This document shows, in pieces, positions 12,027-25,720 of a DNA stretch of 64,000 nt. Source of the stretch: Eledone cirrhosa (Eukaryota); contig OZ024742.1 in assembly GCA_964016885.1 (NCBI GenBank), positions 41,230,001 to 41,294,000 on the forward strand. Reading direction: 5' to 3'. The notes under the pieces were generated by a model. The model searched no databases and was not told where the DNA came from. It saw nothing but the letters and a program-made list of their open reading frames with translations. Position 1 is the stretch's first letter; each line of letters begins with the position of its first letter. The position numbers and the translations under genes are program-made.

Positions 12027-12469
12027 TTCTAAGGATTACTTTTAAATCAGACTTATAACAGAGAGAAATGGGATATGAAATACATATCTTTCTCTAAAGT
12101 CTTTACAAATATGAGTGAAGTATTTCCATCTTAAATTTCAAACTAGATTAAAATGAATCCAGTACACCTTGTAAGATGGTTAGTGTTCGGAAGGGCATCC
12201 AGCAATAGAAACCATGTCAAAATATGTAAGACACAAGCATCATGTCCTCCGACCCATTTATTCCCAGAACACGACAACCCAGCCAGCATGGAAAGCAGAC
12301 ATAAAATGAGCATCAGTATCTACTACATCAAAATACAAATAAAAAGAAAACAAATAAAAGTCAAAAAGCAAGATATATACAGAGCTTTTATTTTAGGGGT
12401 GGGGACAGAATCTTCCTATAAGTCATAGTGATTGCTGCAGTTATAAATTAGTGACTACTATCCCCATCG

Positions 12470-12625
12470 TCATCCTATTATATCAATGTCTACTTCTTCA
12501 TCAGATGATTCGTGCAGAGACAACGACACAACAATTTCTTTCTGGAAAAAGCCACTCTTTTTTTCTTTCACTGCCTGTACAACCTTCTTTTCTGTTTGAT
12601 CCTCAGGTTTGCTGGCTTTTCTCTT
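12470..12625 (-). CDS. FAM199X: FAM199X-like coding exon 6 (terminal)
   Basis: KRKASKPEDQTEKKVVQAVKEKKSGFFQKEIVVSLSLHESSDEEVDIDIIG*; AATAAA on the minus strand at 12392-12387. Confidence 0.88.
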   Translation of the reverse strand, partial: KRKASKPEDQTEKKVVQAVKEKKSGFFQKEIVVSLSLHESSDEEVDIDIIG

Positions 12626-15600
12626 CTGTTAATAGAAAAAATTTTAAATAAACAAACAATTAAAAATTTCATGGAGAGTATAGGCATGGCATTGTGGTCA
12701 AGGAGTTTGCCTCACAAACGTGGTTCTGGGTTCAGTCTCATTGCATGATACCATAGGCAAGTAATTTCTACTTTAGCCACAAGTTGACCAATGCCTTGTG
12801 AATGGAATTTGGTATGTGATATTTGTGCAGACTACATAGTATTACTTAACTCGTCAGAAAATGATCTTGAACATGCACTTTATAGGTTTGATGCTGAGTG
12901 CTGCAAAGACTGAGACACTTGTCCTCTCAAGGAAGCCTGCACAGTGCACTCTACATGTAAGTGGAGTTCCACTGAAGCAGAAGTATCTCAGGGCTGTGTT
13001 CATGAGTGACGGGAGACAGGAGGCTGAATTAGGTGCAAAAGCTGGTGCATTACTGCACCAGCTTCAACATTCGGTAATCAGAAGAGAGGTAGGTGTAAAA
13101 GTCAAACTCGCTATCTTCAATTCAGTATTTGGGCTAACCCTTACCTATACTCATAAATCTTGGGAAATGACCTAAAGAACACGATCGCAAATACAAGTTT
13201 GGATTTTTGCCTATTTCTCAGAGATATTCGAGTATACATGGTATATATAATCATAATAAGTTCATTTTCTGTTAGCAAGAGTTGGACAGGTCATCACAAC
13301 CTAAATCAGTGCTTAATCGGAACTACTGAATTCTCAGATAGGCCGGGTGCCACATCTCGCTTAGATCTGTTTTCTACAGATGAATGTCCTTCCTAACACT
13401 AGCCACTTTACAGGATGTACCAAGTGCAATTTACATGCACCAGCACTAGAGATGTTGTTGTGCCATTTTTGCATGCTTTCTATGGTTGAAAGTTCATCTT
13501 AACATCAACATTTTTTATATAGCACCAGCACTAGGGTAGTTGTCAGTCAGTGACTCAATAGAACAGTCCTCTTTCCCCTATAGAGGGGAGGAGAGATAGG
13601 AAAGATGATATATATACAAATATTTATATGCATTTGGATTTACAAAGTTTTTTTTAAATACTCAATACATGTACAAGCCATCAAGGTGGAGGTTAGAAAG
13701 AGTACAGCAATGAAATTTAGTGTGCAGGTAGGAGTTCACCAAGACTCAGTTCTCAGCCCCTTCCTGTTTATTAGTCCTCAAAGGTGAGAGCCCCAGTCAA
13801 ATGAATGAAACTAATAGAAGAATGTACTCCCTTACCTGTGGTTTCCTTTTGTTTCTCCGCTGGCCAGGTTTCTGTGTGTCTTTGTATTCAGTAAATGAAT
13901 TCAGGCTGGATTTATGACTTTCCAAATAATCCAGAACTAACTTAATGTTTGTCTCAGTTCCCCAACTTGGATCTGAAAAGAAAGAACAGACAAATTATCA
14001 TACTGGATGGCTGAAAGTTCAAGATATTAATAAACTGCACTGAAGAGCCTAAACTATTAACATGTCTGTTCTGGGAAACCTAATATATTAAAAGGTTAAA
14101 AAAACTGTTTGGGGAATGGGAAATAAACTCTATTGGAGATAGTATGGACCAGTAGACTACTGTTTAACCCTTTAGCATTTAAACTGGCCTACCCAACCAG
14201 AATTTTCTCACCTCTTTCCATTCAAGCCGGCTGCTCATACTGATGTTAAGGGTTCTCACAATAAATAATATCAAAATCTCCTAGATTATGTGAAGTAATG
14301 CATTTACCACAAAAATATATTAGTAAATATAGAGTATTGTAAATGCTAAAGAGTTAAATTAGTGGTTCTTAAACTGAACTGTGCTGCGAAAAAGTAAGAT
14401 TCTACTTTAGAATGGGATTAAGTACATATTGAAATTCATACAGTTCTTATATAACCGAGAAACTACACTAAAGAAGAAATTATAAATAAGTTTTCTGCAT
14501 TTCTGATTATCTATCTTCCAACTTTATGCTAATCTAATTAAGTATAATTACCTCTTTTGTAATCTCAGGTCTCAAATAATCGCCCTCACCCCACCCACTA
14601 TTAACTTTTGCTAATCTATCTCCGGTGAAATTTTATAATAAGTGGTAGCATTCCTGTGGTAATTTTCTTCAGACATTAAAAAAGATTATACATGACAAAA
14701 AAAAAAAACATACAAAAAATCTCATGTTATAAAAATAATAGGATGGATTGGGCTTCAATATGTAAACTAAATCACTAATTCTGTTTTATACAGTTGAAAT
14801 CAACAATCAAGTGAAAATTGGACTGTTGGATTGAAATATCAAAGGAAAACTGTATTGCTAGACTAATGAGCAGAACTGACAAATATACCCTCCATATCCC
14901 TTACCTATTAGAACATCGACGTTCAAATGAGTAAGTTTTCTATTGGGGTAGAGTAACTTCAACACCTCAACTCGCTCCCTTGGTCCTAATTCTAGCATCA
15001 AATTGCTCAATCCCATAATCACAGATGTTTGCTCACTTGATGTCAGTTGGTTCCTGAAAAGATATATAATTCAGATAAGTTAATCCAATTCAAAAACTTC
15101 AGAATATGGTAAATATCTGGTACAAGGGTGAACCAATTTAAAATCAGTCTAGCTACTTGAGCTTTCATAATTTTCTTTTTCTTGTGGGTGAGAATTCAAA
15201 CCTACATTACACCATTCATTTCATATGGAGTCATGGTAAAAATATTCACTACAAAATATATTCAGGATAGGATAGTAATGATGTAAACTCCTAATTTCTT
15301 TCTCCAACTAATGAAAATTACAGTTCACATATATGTAGGTTTAGCTGGCCTCCTACAAGACATATATAATAAGAGGTTTCTTGGAGGTTTTAATGATAGA
15401 AGCCTTAGTCATATGAAAATAAAATGAAGCATCTTGCTCAATAACACTAAACGGCAATTTCTTTCAAGAATTGAACCTATAAGCTTATGATCATAAGTGC
15501 AACATCCTAACCACTAGGCCACATGCCTTCCACCCACCTGGCATAGAAGAAACAATGGAAAGTCTAGTATCCTTCTTTGATCATAACAGGAAGATGAAGT

Positions 15601-18600
15601 CTTTTGTAGACACACAGGGTTAGATTAGACGTTAGACAAGTAATTACTCTAAATCAACGGGCCAGTACCTGCCACTTAACTATTCCGATCGCCTTAATAA
15701 AGAGAAAGTTAATCTCTCCAAATTCTTGATTATTTTCAAAATAATGTGGAAATATTTAGCAATATAACTTTCTCATTAGGTTGGTGATTGAACTATAACT
15801 TAAGGGTTCTTGCATAAAATTAGGAAAGGTTTTTTTTTAGATAAATATAAACACTTTAAAATAAGCAGTATTATAGAACTATGGCTAGTTTCAGGTGGCT
15901 TGATATCATAAGTGTTTAGCTATAATACTTACCATCGCCAACTATCATTTTGTAAACATTTTTTATGAATAAATTCTAGCTGTTCAGTGTTGGTATGCAT
16001 ATTAGTATCACAAACAAACTCTGCAGAATCTGCTAATGATGTAGTCTGTGAAGAAGATATGGATTCATCATCACAATCAAAGCTACTGCTTCCAATAGGC
16101 TCTGAAGAAAAGAATAAAACATCATTAACAACAAGCATTTTAAGGCCATTTTCCCTGTTAAAGCAGGAGTTGGCCTTGCAGACTTCATGACAAGCTTCTC
16201 TATTTTGCCATATTATCTGCATCCTCCACAACCAATCCCCAGGCTTTCATTTCCTCTTCCATCATCTTTAGAATTCCCCTTCATTTATCCTTCAACATTC
16301 AGTTCTATCACTCCTCTCACCCAGTCACTTCCATCCTTCCTCAACACATGACCTAACTACATCATTCCATTTCTCTAGCCAAGATCCAGCTCCTCTACAT
16401 ACACATTTTACACTGTCACATGAAATAACAATGGTTTAATTACAACCAGTTCATCAATTAGAAGTTTAGTTTTTTTTGTTTTTTTTTCTGTCAAATGTCA
16501 TAAAAGGAAGAGCATCCAGCTGTAAAAGGACTCATGAACAATATGAAATCTTAGCAGGGAAAATGTCTTTAAACTACTTGTATTGTTGAGGCCTTTAAAT
16601 CCTAACAATTTGTATTAATCTTAACAGATGCTAACCCATGCTAGCGTGGAAGATGGACGTTAAACAAAGATGATGATGATGAGAACCAACCAATTTAAAA
16701 ATTAAATAATTTCACCTATAGTGTTGCTGTTACAGCTCACACCTATGTAGGTCTAGCCAGCATACTATGAGGTTGTATCTCAGGTGCACAATCATGTTAC
16801 AGCTCACACTTATGTCAATCTAGCTGGCCTCCTATGAGGTTATATCTTGGAAGTTTCTAGAGTATTTCCATCAAAAGCACACAATGCACCACCCAGTCAA
16901 AGAATAACACACAACCATATGTTCATGAGTTCCACGCTGTAACCACTAGGCCATGTGCTTTCATATTCTTACGTATTGCATCCAACAAAGGGGCAAAACA
17001 TTTTTTAAAAAACAAAATGCTATCTGATACACTGACGTGACTAATAGAATTTATAAAGTAAACACTAAGATAAACACTATTTCATCTCAAGTCTTGGAAG
17101 GTCTCTCAGAAAATAAAATGTAAACAGCAAGTATAAAAATCTGATTACACAGCAGCTAACATTTTAAGACCATTTGTTCCTGCTAAAACAGAGGTTAACC
17201 TTGCAGTCCCTACTAACGACTTCATATTCATCATGGAATCCTTTTTTGAAGCAATGTTTTAGAGTCAGATGCCCTTCCCACTTTGATCACATACACACTG
17301 CAAGTAAATGTTTTTATAGTTATTTTCATTATTTTTTTTTTTTTACTGGTTTCAGTCAATAGCCTGAAGCCATGTTGAAGCACCACCTGAAGGGATTTAG
17401 TTGATCATATTAATTCTAGTACTTAATATTTTTGTTGAACTGCTCAAACATAAACACACACACATTATATATCATCATCTTCGTTTAACGTCCATTTTCC
17501 ATGCAGTAAGACCAAGGATTAATATTATTGTGTATTTACACATCTACGAATGTTTCAATATAGCCAGAATTATTCACCAATAGTGGAGAAAAACCAAAAG
17601 TTTTCAGTTTATTAACTCTACAAAGGTGCCTTACTCCAAGCTGTATCTCTTCAGGAAGTACAAAAAAACATTTTGTTTAACATCAAAAAGCAAAACAAAA
17701 ATTACATAAGCAGAAAAGCAAGAGCATGTGTATAAATATATATACACACACACACACAATGAGCTATGGTCAAGCTAAGGCTACAGTATCAAACACTCGC
17801 CCAAAGTATCACATGTGATTGCAAAGCAAACTCCTTAACCACACAGCCATGCCTGTGCCTGAATTTTCTAACACACACACAAAAGTATAAATACAAAATC
17901 AATAAACATACATACCAGCATCCATTTCATATTGATAGCTGGTCAGTATATATTGTAAATCAGAATCTTCTACTAAACTATCACAAAAACGCTCTGAACC
18001 AGAAAGACCCAAACCAAATAAACTGTTGAATTCTTCAATTTCTTGGGAATTATCCTCTTCAAAAAAAGTCAAAGATCTGAGAAAAAGAAAAAAAAATCAG
18101 GAGAAAGAGTTATTAGAAATGTTGTCTGATGGATGATTCTTTTTCATTACATATTTGTATATTCTCTCTTCAAAATGTTTCATTAACCCTTTACCATTAC
18201 TCTATATATACTATTATACTTTCATGGTAAAGGCTTTACCTCACATAATATCAAAGCTGAGATTTTGAAAGTATTTATTTTGAGAACAATACCTTAACAT
18301 CAGTTTGAGCAACCAGTTACAGCCAGTTTCAACAGAAAGAGGTAGAGAATTCTGCCCGGTTTTGGCTGGTTTGAACATTAAAGGGTTAATTCATTTAATT
18401 AACGAAGAATTTCAAAGGGAGTATTTACAAAGATTTTTGATTATTTTATACCATAACAAATGGTTATTACATTAAATGTTGGAAGATTTGAACCATACCT
18501 GATGATTATGATTGCTTATTACCAATTTACATTTGTTTTCCATGCTTGCATGAATGTCATATTTTGAGATTAGACAGGTCAGATGACCATGTCTTGCTCA

Positions 18601-19046
18601 TATGTTCCAGTTTGGTATGATTTCTATAAACAGATACCCTTAACACTAATCACTTTATAGAATGTACTGAGTCCATTTTATCATGGTACCAGCATTACCA
18701 CATTACAGAGAGAGCTGGGAACATTCAACTATGGAACCAAGACAACCACCTTACAGAGTGGACTAGGTGCATTTTGATGTGACATAGCACACCCACTTTA
18801 CAACATGTATGTACTGAATGCATTTTGTCATAGCACTAGCACCTTACAGCATATCTTGAATGCATATTGTCATGGTACAGGCACTACAACTTTACAGTGT
18901 TTATTCAAAAGTATAATAAAAAAAACAGTGACATAAATAAACAAGAAGAAAAACAAAAATTAAATAACTTACCTATTGTTAAAAGGAGAGTTGATGTTCT
19001 CATCATATTCAAAATATTCTGGAGGAAAAGGATAAAAATCCGGCAT
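12470..19046 (-). CDS. FAM199X: FAM199X-like protein; complement(join(18973..19046,17916..18076,15933..16101,14905..15053,13836..13972,12470..12625)), 281 aa
   Basis: Six GT-AG exons in consistent phase (2,1,2,1,0), 846 nt. The core WNQLTSSEQTSVIMGLSNLMLELGPRERVEVLKLLYP...VLIDPSWGTETNIKLVLDYLESH and the C-terminus KEKKSGFFQKEIVVSLSLHESSDEEVDIDIIG* align, from memory, with FAM199X (WSAMTNDEQ...EMGLREQLDIIKIIDP...KLKQVRNYIKEH; KERLSGLFLNEEVLSL...DVDVLM). The start codon is less certain. Confidence 0.85.
12860..13205 (+). mobile_element. RTE LINE RT C-terminal fragment (PHD-less family)
   Basis: KTETLVLSRKPAQCTLHVSGVPLKQ.KYL.AVFMSDGRQE...KVKLAIFNSVF..TLTY.H.SW. Confidence 0.75.
13836..13972 (-). 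CDS. FAM199X: FAM199X-like coding exon 5
   Basis: DPSWGTETNIKLVLDYLESHKSSLNSFTEYKDTQKPGQRRNKRKPQ; donor GTAAGG. Confidence 0.87.
14164..14357. mobile_element. piggyBac-like MITE family 1, intact copy
   Basis: TTAA-CCCTTTAGCATTTA ... TAAATGCTAAAGAG-TTAA. Confidence 0.85.
14905..15053 (-). CDS. FAM199X: FAM199X-like coding exon 4
   Basis: WNQLTSSEQTSVIMGLSNLMLELGPRERVEVLKLLYPNRKLTHLNVDVLI; donor GTAAGG. Confidence 0.88.
15933..16101 (-). CDS. FAM199X: FAM199X-like coding exon 3
   Basis: Acceptor ttcttttcttcag; EPIGSSSFDCDDESISSSQTT...KCLQNDSWRW; donor GTAAGT. Confidence 0.82.
17916..18076 (-). CDS. FAM199X: FAM199X-like coding exon 2
   Basis: Strong polypyrimidine acceptor; SLTFFEEDNSQEIEEFNSLFGLGLSGSERFCDSLVEDSDLQYILTSYQYEMDA; donor GTATGT. 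Confidence 0.8.
18183..18389. mobile_element. piggyBac-like MITE family 1 (inverted)
   Basis: TTAA-CCCTTTACCATT ... ATTAAAGGG-TTAA; reverse complement of the 14164 copy. Confidence 0.8.
18520..18900 (-). repeat. Retroelement 3' end with ~5 tandem copies of a ~47-bp subunit
   Basis: Repeated cactttacagagtgtactgggtgcattttgtcatggcaccagca-like units next to a catgcttgcatg tail. Confidence 0.65.
18973..19046 (-). CDS. FAM199X: FAM199X-like coding exon 1 (exon acceptor at 19068)
   Basis: MPDFYPFPPEYFEYDENINSPFNN(R); donor GTAAGT at 18972; upstream acceptor tttttcaatttcaacag. Confidence 0.72.
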
Positions 19047-19292
19047 ATTCTGAACTGTATTGCAGACACTGTTGAAATTGAAAAATAGACAAGAGGAAAA
19101 TTTAGATCAGATCATTGGTTAAAATTATAATTTATATAAATCATCTTAACTCTTGATACTCCTGGTTTTATTATATAAAGCTGTTTATATTAATCTAAAA
19201 ACACTCCACCATAATTTTATACAAGAACATTTAAGTTATGTTCCAAATATCAGCTTTATGAAAATAAAAAAAAAAAATTTTAAAAAAAATTT

Positions 19293-19338
<46 letters not shown>

Positions 19339-19909
19339 ACATTACTAAATCCATCCAAATTCTTGGTTATTTTTGAAATTATAGCTATTCCACTTCATGA
19401 GGTTCCTTCCTCAGGTAAGATAGATGTCCCGTCCCTGATTTGGCAGAGGAAAACAATAATGCTGGAACTGAGGGGGATACCAGAAAAGAAAACTATTTGG
19501 TTATCTTCCACTCCTCTGCCCTACAGCAGTAATACCCAAGTTTGTGGCTGAAGCAACAATGATTTTGATAGATTTAGTAATATAAATATTCGTGAAAGCA
19601 TTACAGCCAATGATGCCTGCTGCATCAGTCATCCTGCCTCTGGTCTTATGATACTAAATTGTTTATCATCTTCATTTTACATCTTTGCCTTTCATCCTTT
19701 CAAAATCAATAAATAAACTACCTGTTTAGTACTGGGGCTTGATTCTTTCTCTAAAAGAAATAAGCTGTGTTCAAACCTGGAGAGAAATGGGCTGCACCAG
19801 GCTTAAATTAAATACCCAAGAAACAATGTACACCGGCTACAGCGCCTCTATGACTCAATAATGAAATTTACAATTCGCACTTTTATGCTTTTAGCTCAGT
19901 TCATTTTCA

Positions 19910-20095
19910 GGCATGCTTTATGACAGAATTACGGCCCTTTACGTTCTGAGTTCAAATCCTGCTGAGGTTAGCTTTACCTTTCATCCTTATGGGGGCCAAT
20001 AAAATAAAGCACCAGTTACGCACAGGTGTCGATTTAATCGACTTTTCTCTTCCCTTCAAATTGCTGGCCTTGTGCCAAATGTAGAAACAATTATC
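19910..20095 (+). mobile_element. SINE family B
   Basis: ctgagttcaaatcc...tttcatccttatgggggccaataaaataaagcaccagt...aaattgctggccttgtgccaaa. Confidence 0.75.
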
Positions 20096-20810
20096 ATGGA
20101 AAGACACATCCACCGATTTCAGTGAGAAATAATTATTTTCCTTTTTTTTTTTTTCTCCATATGCTACCAACTAATCTTCTGAATATGCTGCAATAAATTT
20201 TTTCCTCGGAAAACCGAGTGAGAAGAGGGAGGGGTGGGGGCCTCGAACTTTTCACATTCCTCTCCCGTGGTTAGGATGAAGGGGGAAAAAGTCATTTGCA
20301 GTATGTTTAGCTGATAGCACATGAAAATAAAAAATTAAAAAAAGCGAGAGATAAAAATTGGAACCTCGGTGGAGAGAGAGTGTAAAGTCCGAGCCCCCTA
20401 TCTCCCTTTTCGGGGGGGGGGGGGGGGGGGAGGTCATATTAGGAGGTAAATTTAATTGATAGCACACGAAAAAAAAAAACGAATTTATTCCTTACTGAAA
20501 TCGGGACTGGGTGAAAGTCCGAGCCCCCCCCCCCCTCTCTCTCTTCCCTTTACAAGGGAAAAAGACCGTTGCACCATGTTAGGAGGTAAGCTTAATTGAC
20601 ATCGTACGTAAATTTTTTTTTTTTTTGTCAGACCAGATCCCCAGTTTTAACCCCAACCATGCCCCTCCTCTTCTAACCAACTTATAAATGAAAAATATAT
20701 ACACAGGTTTCTTCAATATGACAACCTAGCTAAAAGTACATATACATCACCCTCTCTACTTCACATGCAAATGGTTAAGAGGCGTCCCAGATGGTTTAGA
20801 TACAGATTAC

Positions 20811-21000
20811 CCATGCTCCTGGCGTATTTAGTTATGCATTTTACGCTCGTGAATTAAAATATACGTTTTCGTCCAGCATTATCCCGATATCAATAACATA
20901 AATCATACAAACATATTAGAGTTAATTTAATGTGTAACAACTTTTTTCCCGTTTAAAAACATCGTCGTATAAAAAAGGTAACGTGGTACAAAGTAAATTT
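20811..21000 (-). promoter_or_regulatory. Probable promoter/first (5' UTR) exon of the FAM199X-like gene
   Basis: Local CpG enrichment and a candidate donor GG|GTAATC at 20810. Inferred, no transcript evidence. Confidence 0.4.
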
Positions 21001-21577
21001 ACATAAAACGAAAAACCCTTTAAATATTGTGAGGCCTGAAAATTTCATCCTATCTGCACCAATACAATTGTTACATATTGATAAATCGATCAATCAACAT
21101 GTGATAGTATCTAAGTAAATGTTACTATTTAACAAGATTACTTATAAATTTCTATCTGTAGAGTACAAAAGAACCGAGAATGCGAAATGTGAATATGAAT
21201 TTCACATTGAGTATATAAACTTGTAAACTTCAATGGCTTAGCGTACAACTTAATATATAATAAAGATTACATATATATATACATAAGTGGTGATGCTCTA
21301 TAGTTTACTTCAGCATTAGTTCATAAATGGGTAAGGAAAACACGTGTAAGCGATGTAATCTGATCCAGCCAGCGACAGTGTGTACACGTGTGCACAAGAG
21401 ATCGGATATAGTGAACTGTACTTATATTTTTACATAATCTACCCTCTCGTAACTAAATTTCTAATGAAAAACAACCTATATATATATATATAGGTGTGTG
21501 TGTGTGTGTGGTGCTATTAAGTTAGACATGGCCTAGGCCAATACTAGCCGAAACCTATCAACGTTTATATACACACA

Positions 21578-21893
21578 ATCATCATTTCATTTTATGTCCG
21601 CTTTTTCCCTGCTTGCAAGGGTGGGACGGGAGCTGATTTTAACTTGATTTCTACAGCTGGATGCCCTTCCTAACACCAACCTCATTTACAGCGAGTGCTG
21701 GGTGCTTTTTTTCTTTGCCGTGGAATGATATGGACCCCAGTCCCTATCATCTCATTTCTACAGCTGAGTAAACTGGAGCAATGTGAAATAAAGTGTCTTG
21801 CTCAAGGAAACAACACATCACCCGGTCTGAGAATTGAACTCACAACCTTTCGATTGCAAGGCCAATGCTCTAACCACTAAGCCATGTGCCTCC
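21578..21893 (-). mobile_element. tRNA-derived SINE family A (full length)
   Basis: Head ggaggcacatggcttagtggttagagc...gtgagttcaattctc (A and B boxes), CORE-like ccttgagcaagacacttt, aggaagggcatccagctgtagaaa domain, RTE-type tail. Confidence 0.88.
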
Positions 21894-22649
21894 ATATAAA
21901 TACACACAGCTTTTCAAATCATTTTGAAAATATTGAATAATTTGGAAGGATTTAGTAATATAACTTTCTTGTTATTAAGCTTTTTGATCATAATCTAAAA
22001 GGCCCGAGAAAAATATAAGCATTTTAACACTCGTTGAAGTAATTTATGACACTACTTATTGGAGGGTTTTAATAAAATAACTTTCTCTTTATCAAAACTG
22101 GTGTTTGGAACAAAACTTGAAACTTTAAAACAAAGAACTTTGTATCAGAACGAGGGGCGGTTTCCAGTGCAATACTGGTTATGTCATGACACATTCTAAA
22201 CTTAGATTTAATTAAAGAGAGAATGGGGGTGGGGCGGTCAATAATAGATGATTAAAAAAAAACGTACTACTGAGAATTATCATGCGAGGATAATTATTAA
22301 AATACCATTGCCACAAGAAATAAAAAGCACCATTTTTAGGACAGCAAGTACATCGACCATGTTCCCGCTCCTAACTTCGCCATTGACTTTAATTTTCTTT
22401 TATTTCGAAATAGGTAGGCGTGAGTTTCCAGTCTGCATGAAATACACCATCTATACCGGTTTTCAGGTTAAATCTGACGACTATCTTTTCAGAAAATACC
22501 ACCCGGCACCTGCCTTCAAATCCATGTTTGCACGTATAAACGAAAGGACGATTAGGACGCCTATGAACATTCTTCTGCTTTGATGGATATATGGTGCCAT
22601 ATATGTGCTTTATTATTAAGAATAGTGCATTGATAGAACCGTTAGAGCG

Positions 22650-22790
22650 TCGGAAAAATGCTTTGCACATCTATTGAGTTCAAATGCCGCCGAGGTCAAC
22701 TCTGCTTTTCATCCTTCTGGGGTCAGTCTAATCGAGTTTCCCCTCTTGAAAAAATTGCTGGTCTTGTGTCAAAAAGTAGAAATTATTATT
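22650..22790 (+). mobile_element. SINE family B
   Basis: tgagttcaaatgccgccgaggtcaactctgcttttcatccttctggggtc. Confidence 0.7.
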
Positions 22791-22998
22791 AAATGTCTGT
22801 TGAGTAAGCTGGCACAATTCCGAAAAGCCAATGTATGACAATTCTCCCAGCAAGTGACATTGACAGAGCAGGGCGGTGTTTGGTTTTTGTTTACAATTAT
22901 TACACGGCATTATAAACTTGCTATTAATAGTATGTTACACGTATACACACAAACCGTCTACTTTGATTATTAAGTTAGGTTATTGCCAGGGCTAATAT

Positions 22999-25719
<2,721 letters not shown>

Positions 25720-25720
<1 letters not shown>

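Noticed and set aside
17165-17240. Possible intronic C/D snoRNA on the minus strand (ATGATGA box C)
   Set aside because: No CTGA box D at a suitable distance and no recognisable guide.
19261-19335. Long poly-A tract as a retrocopy tail
   Set aside because: No upstream coding remnant or TSD; it sits within a MITE-family-2-like sequence.
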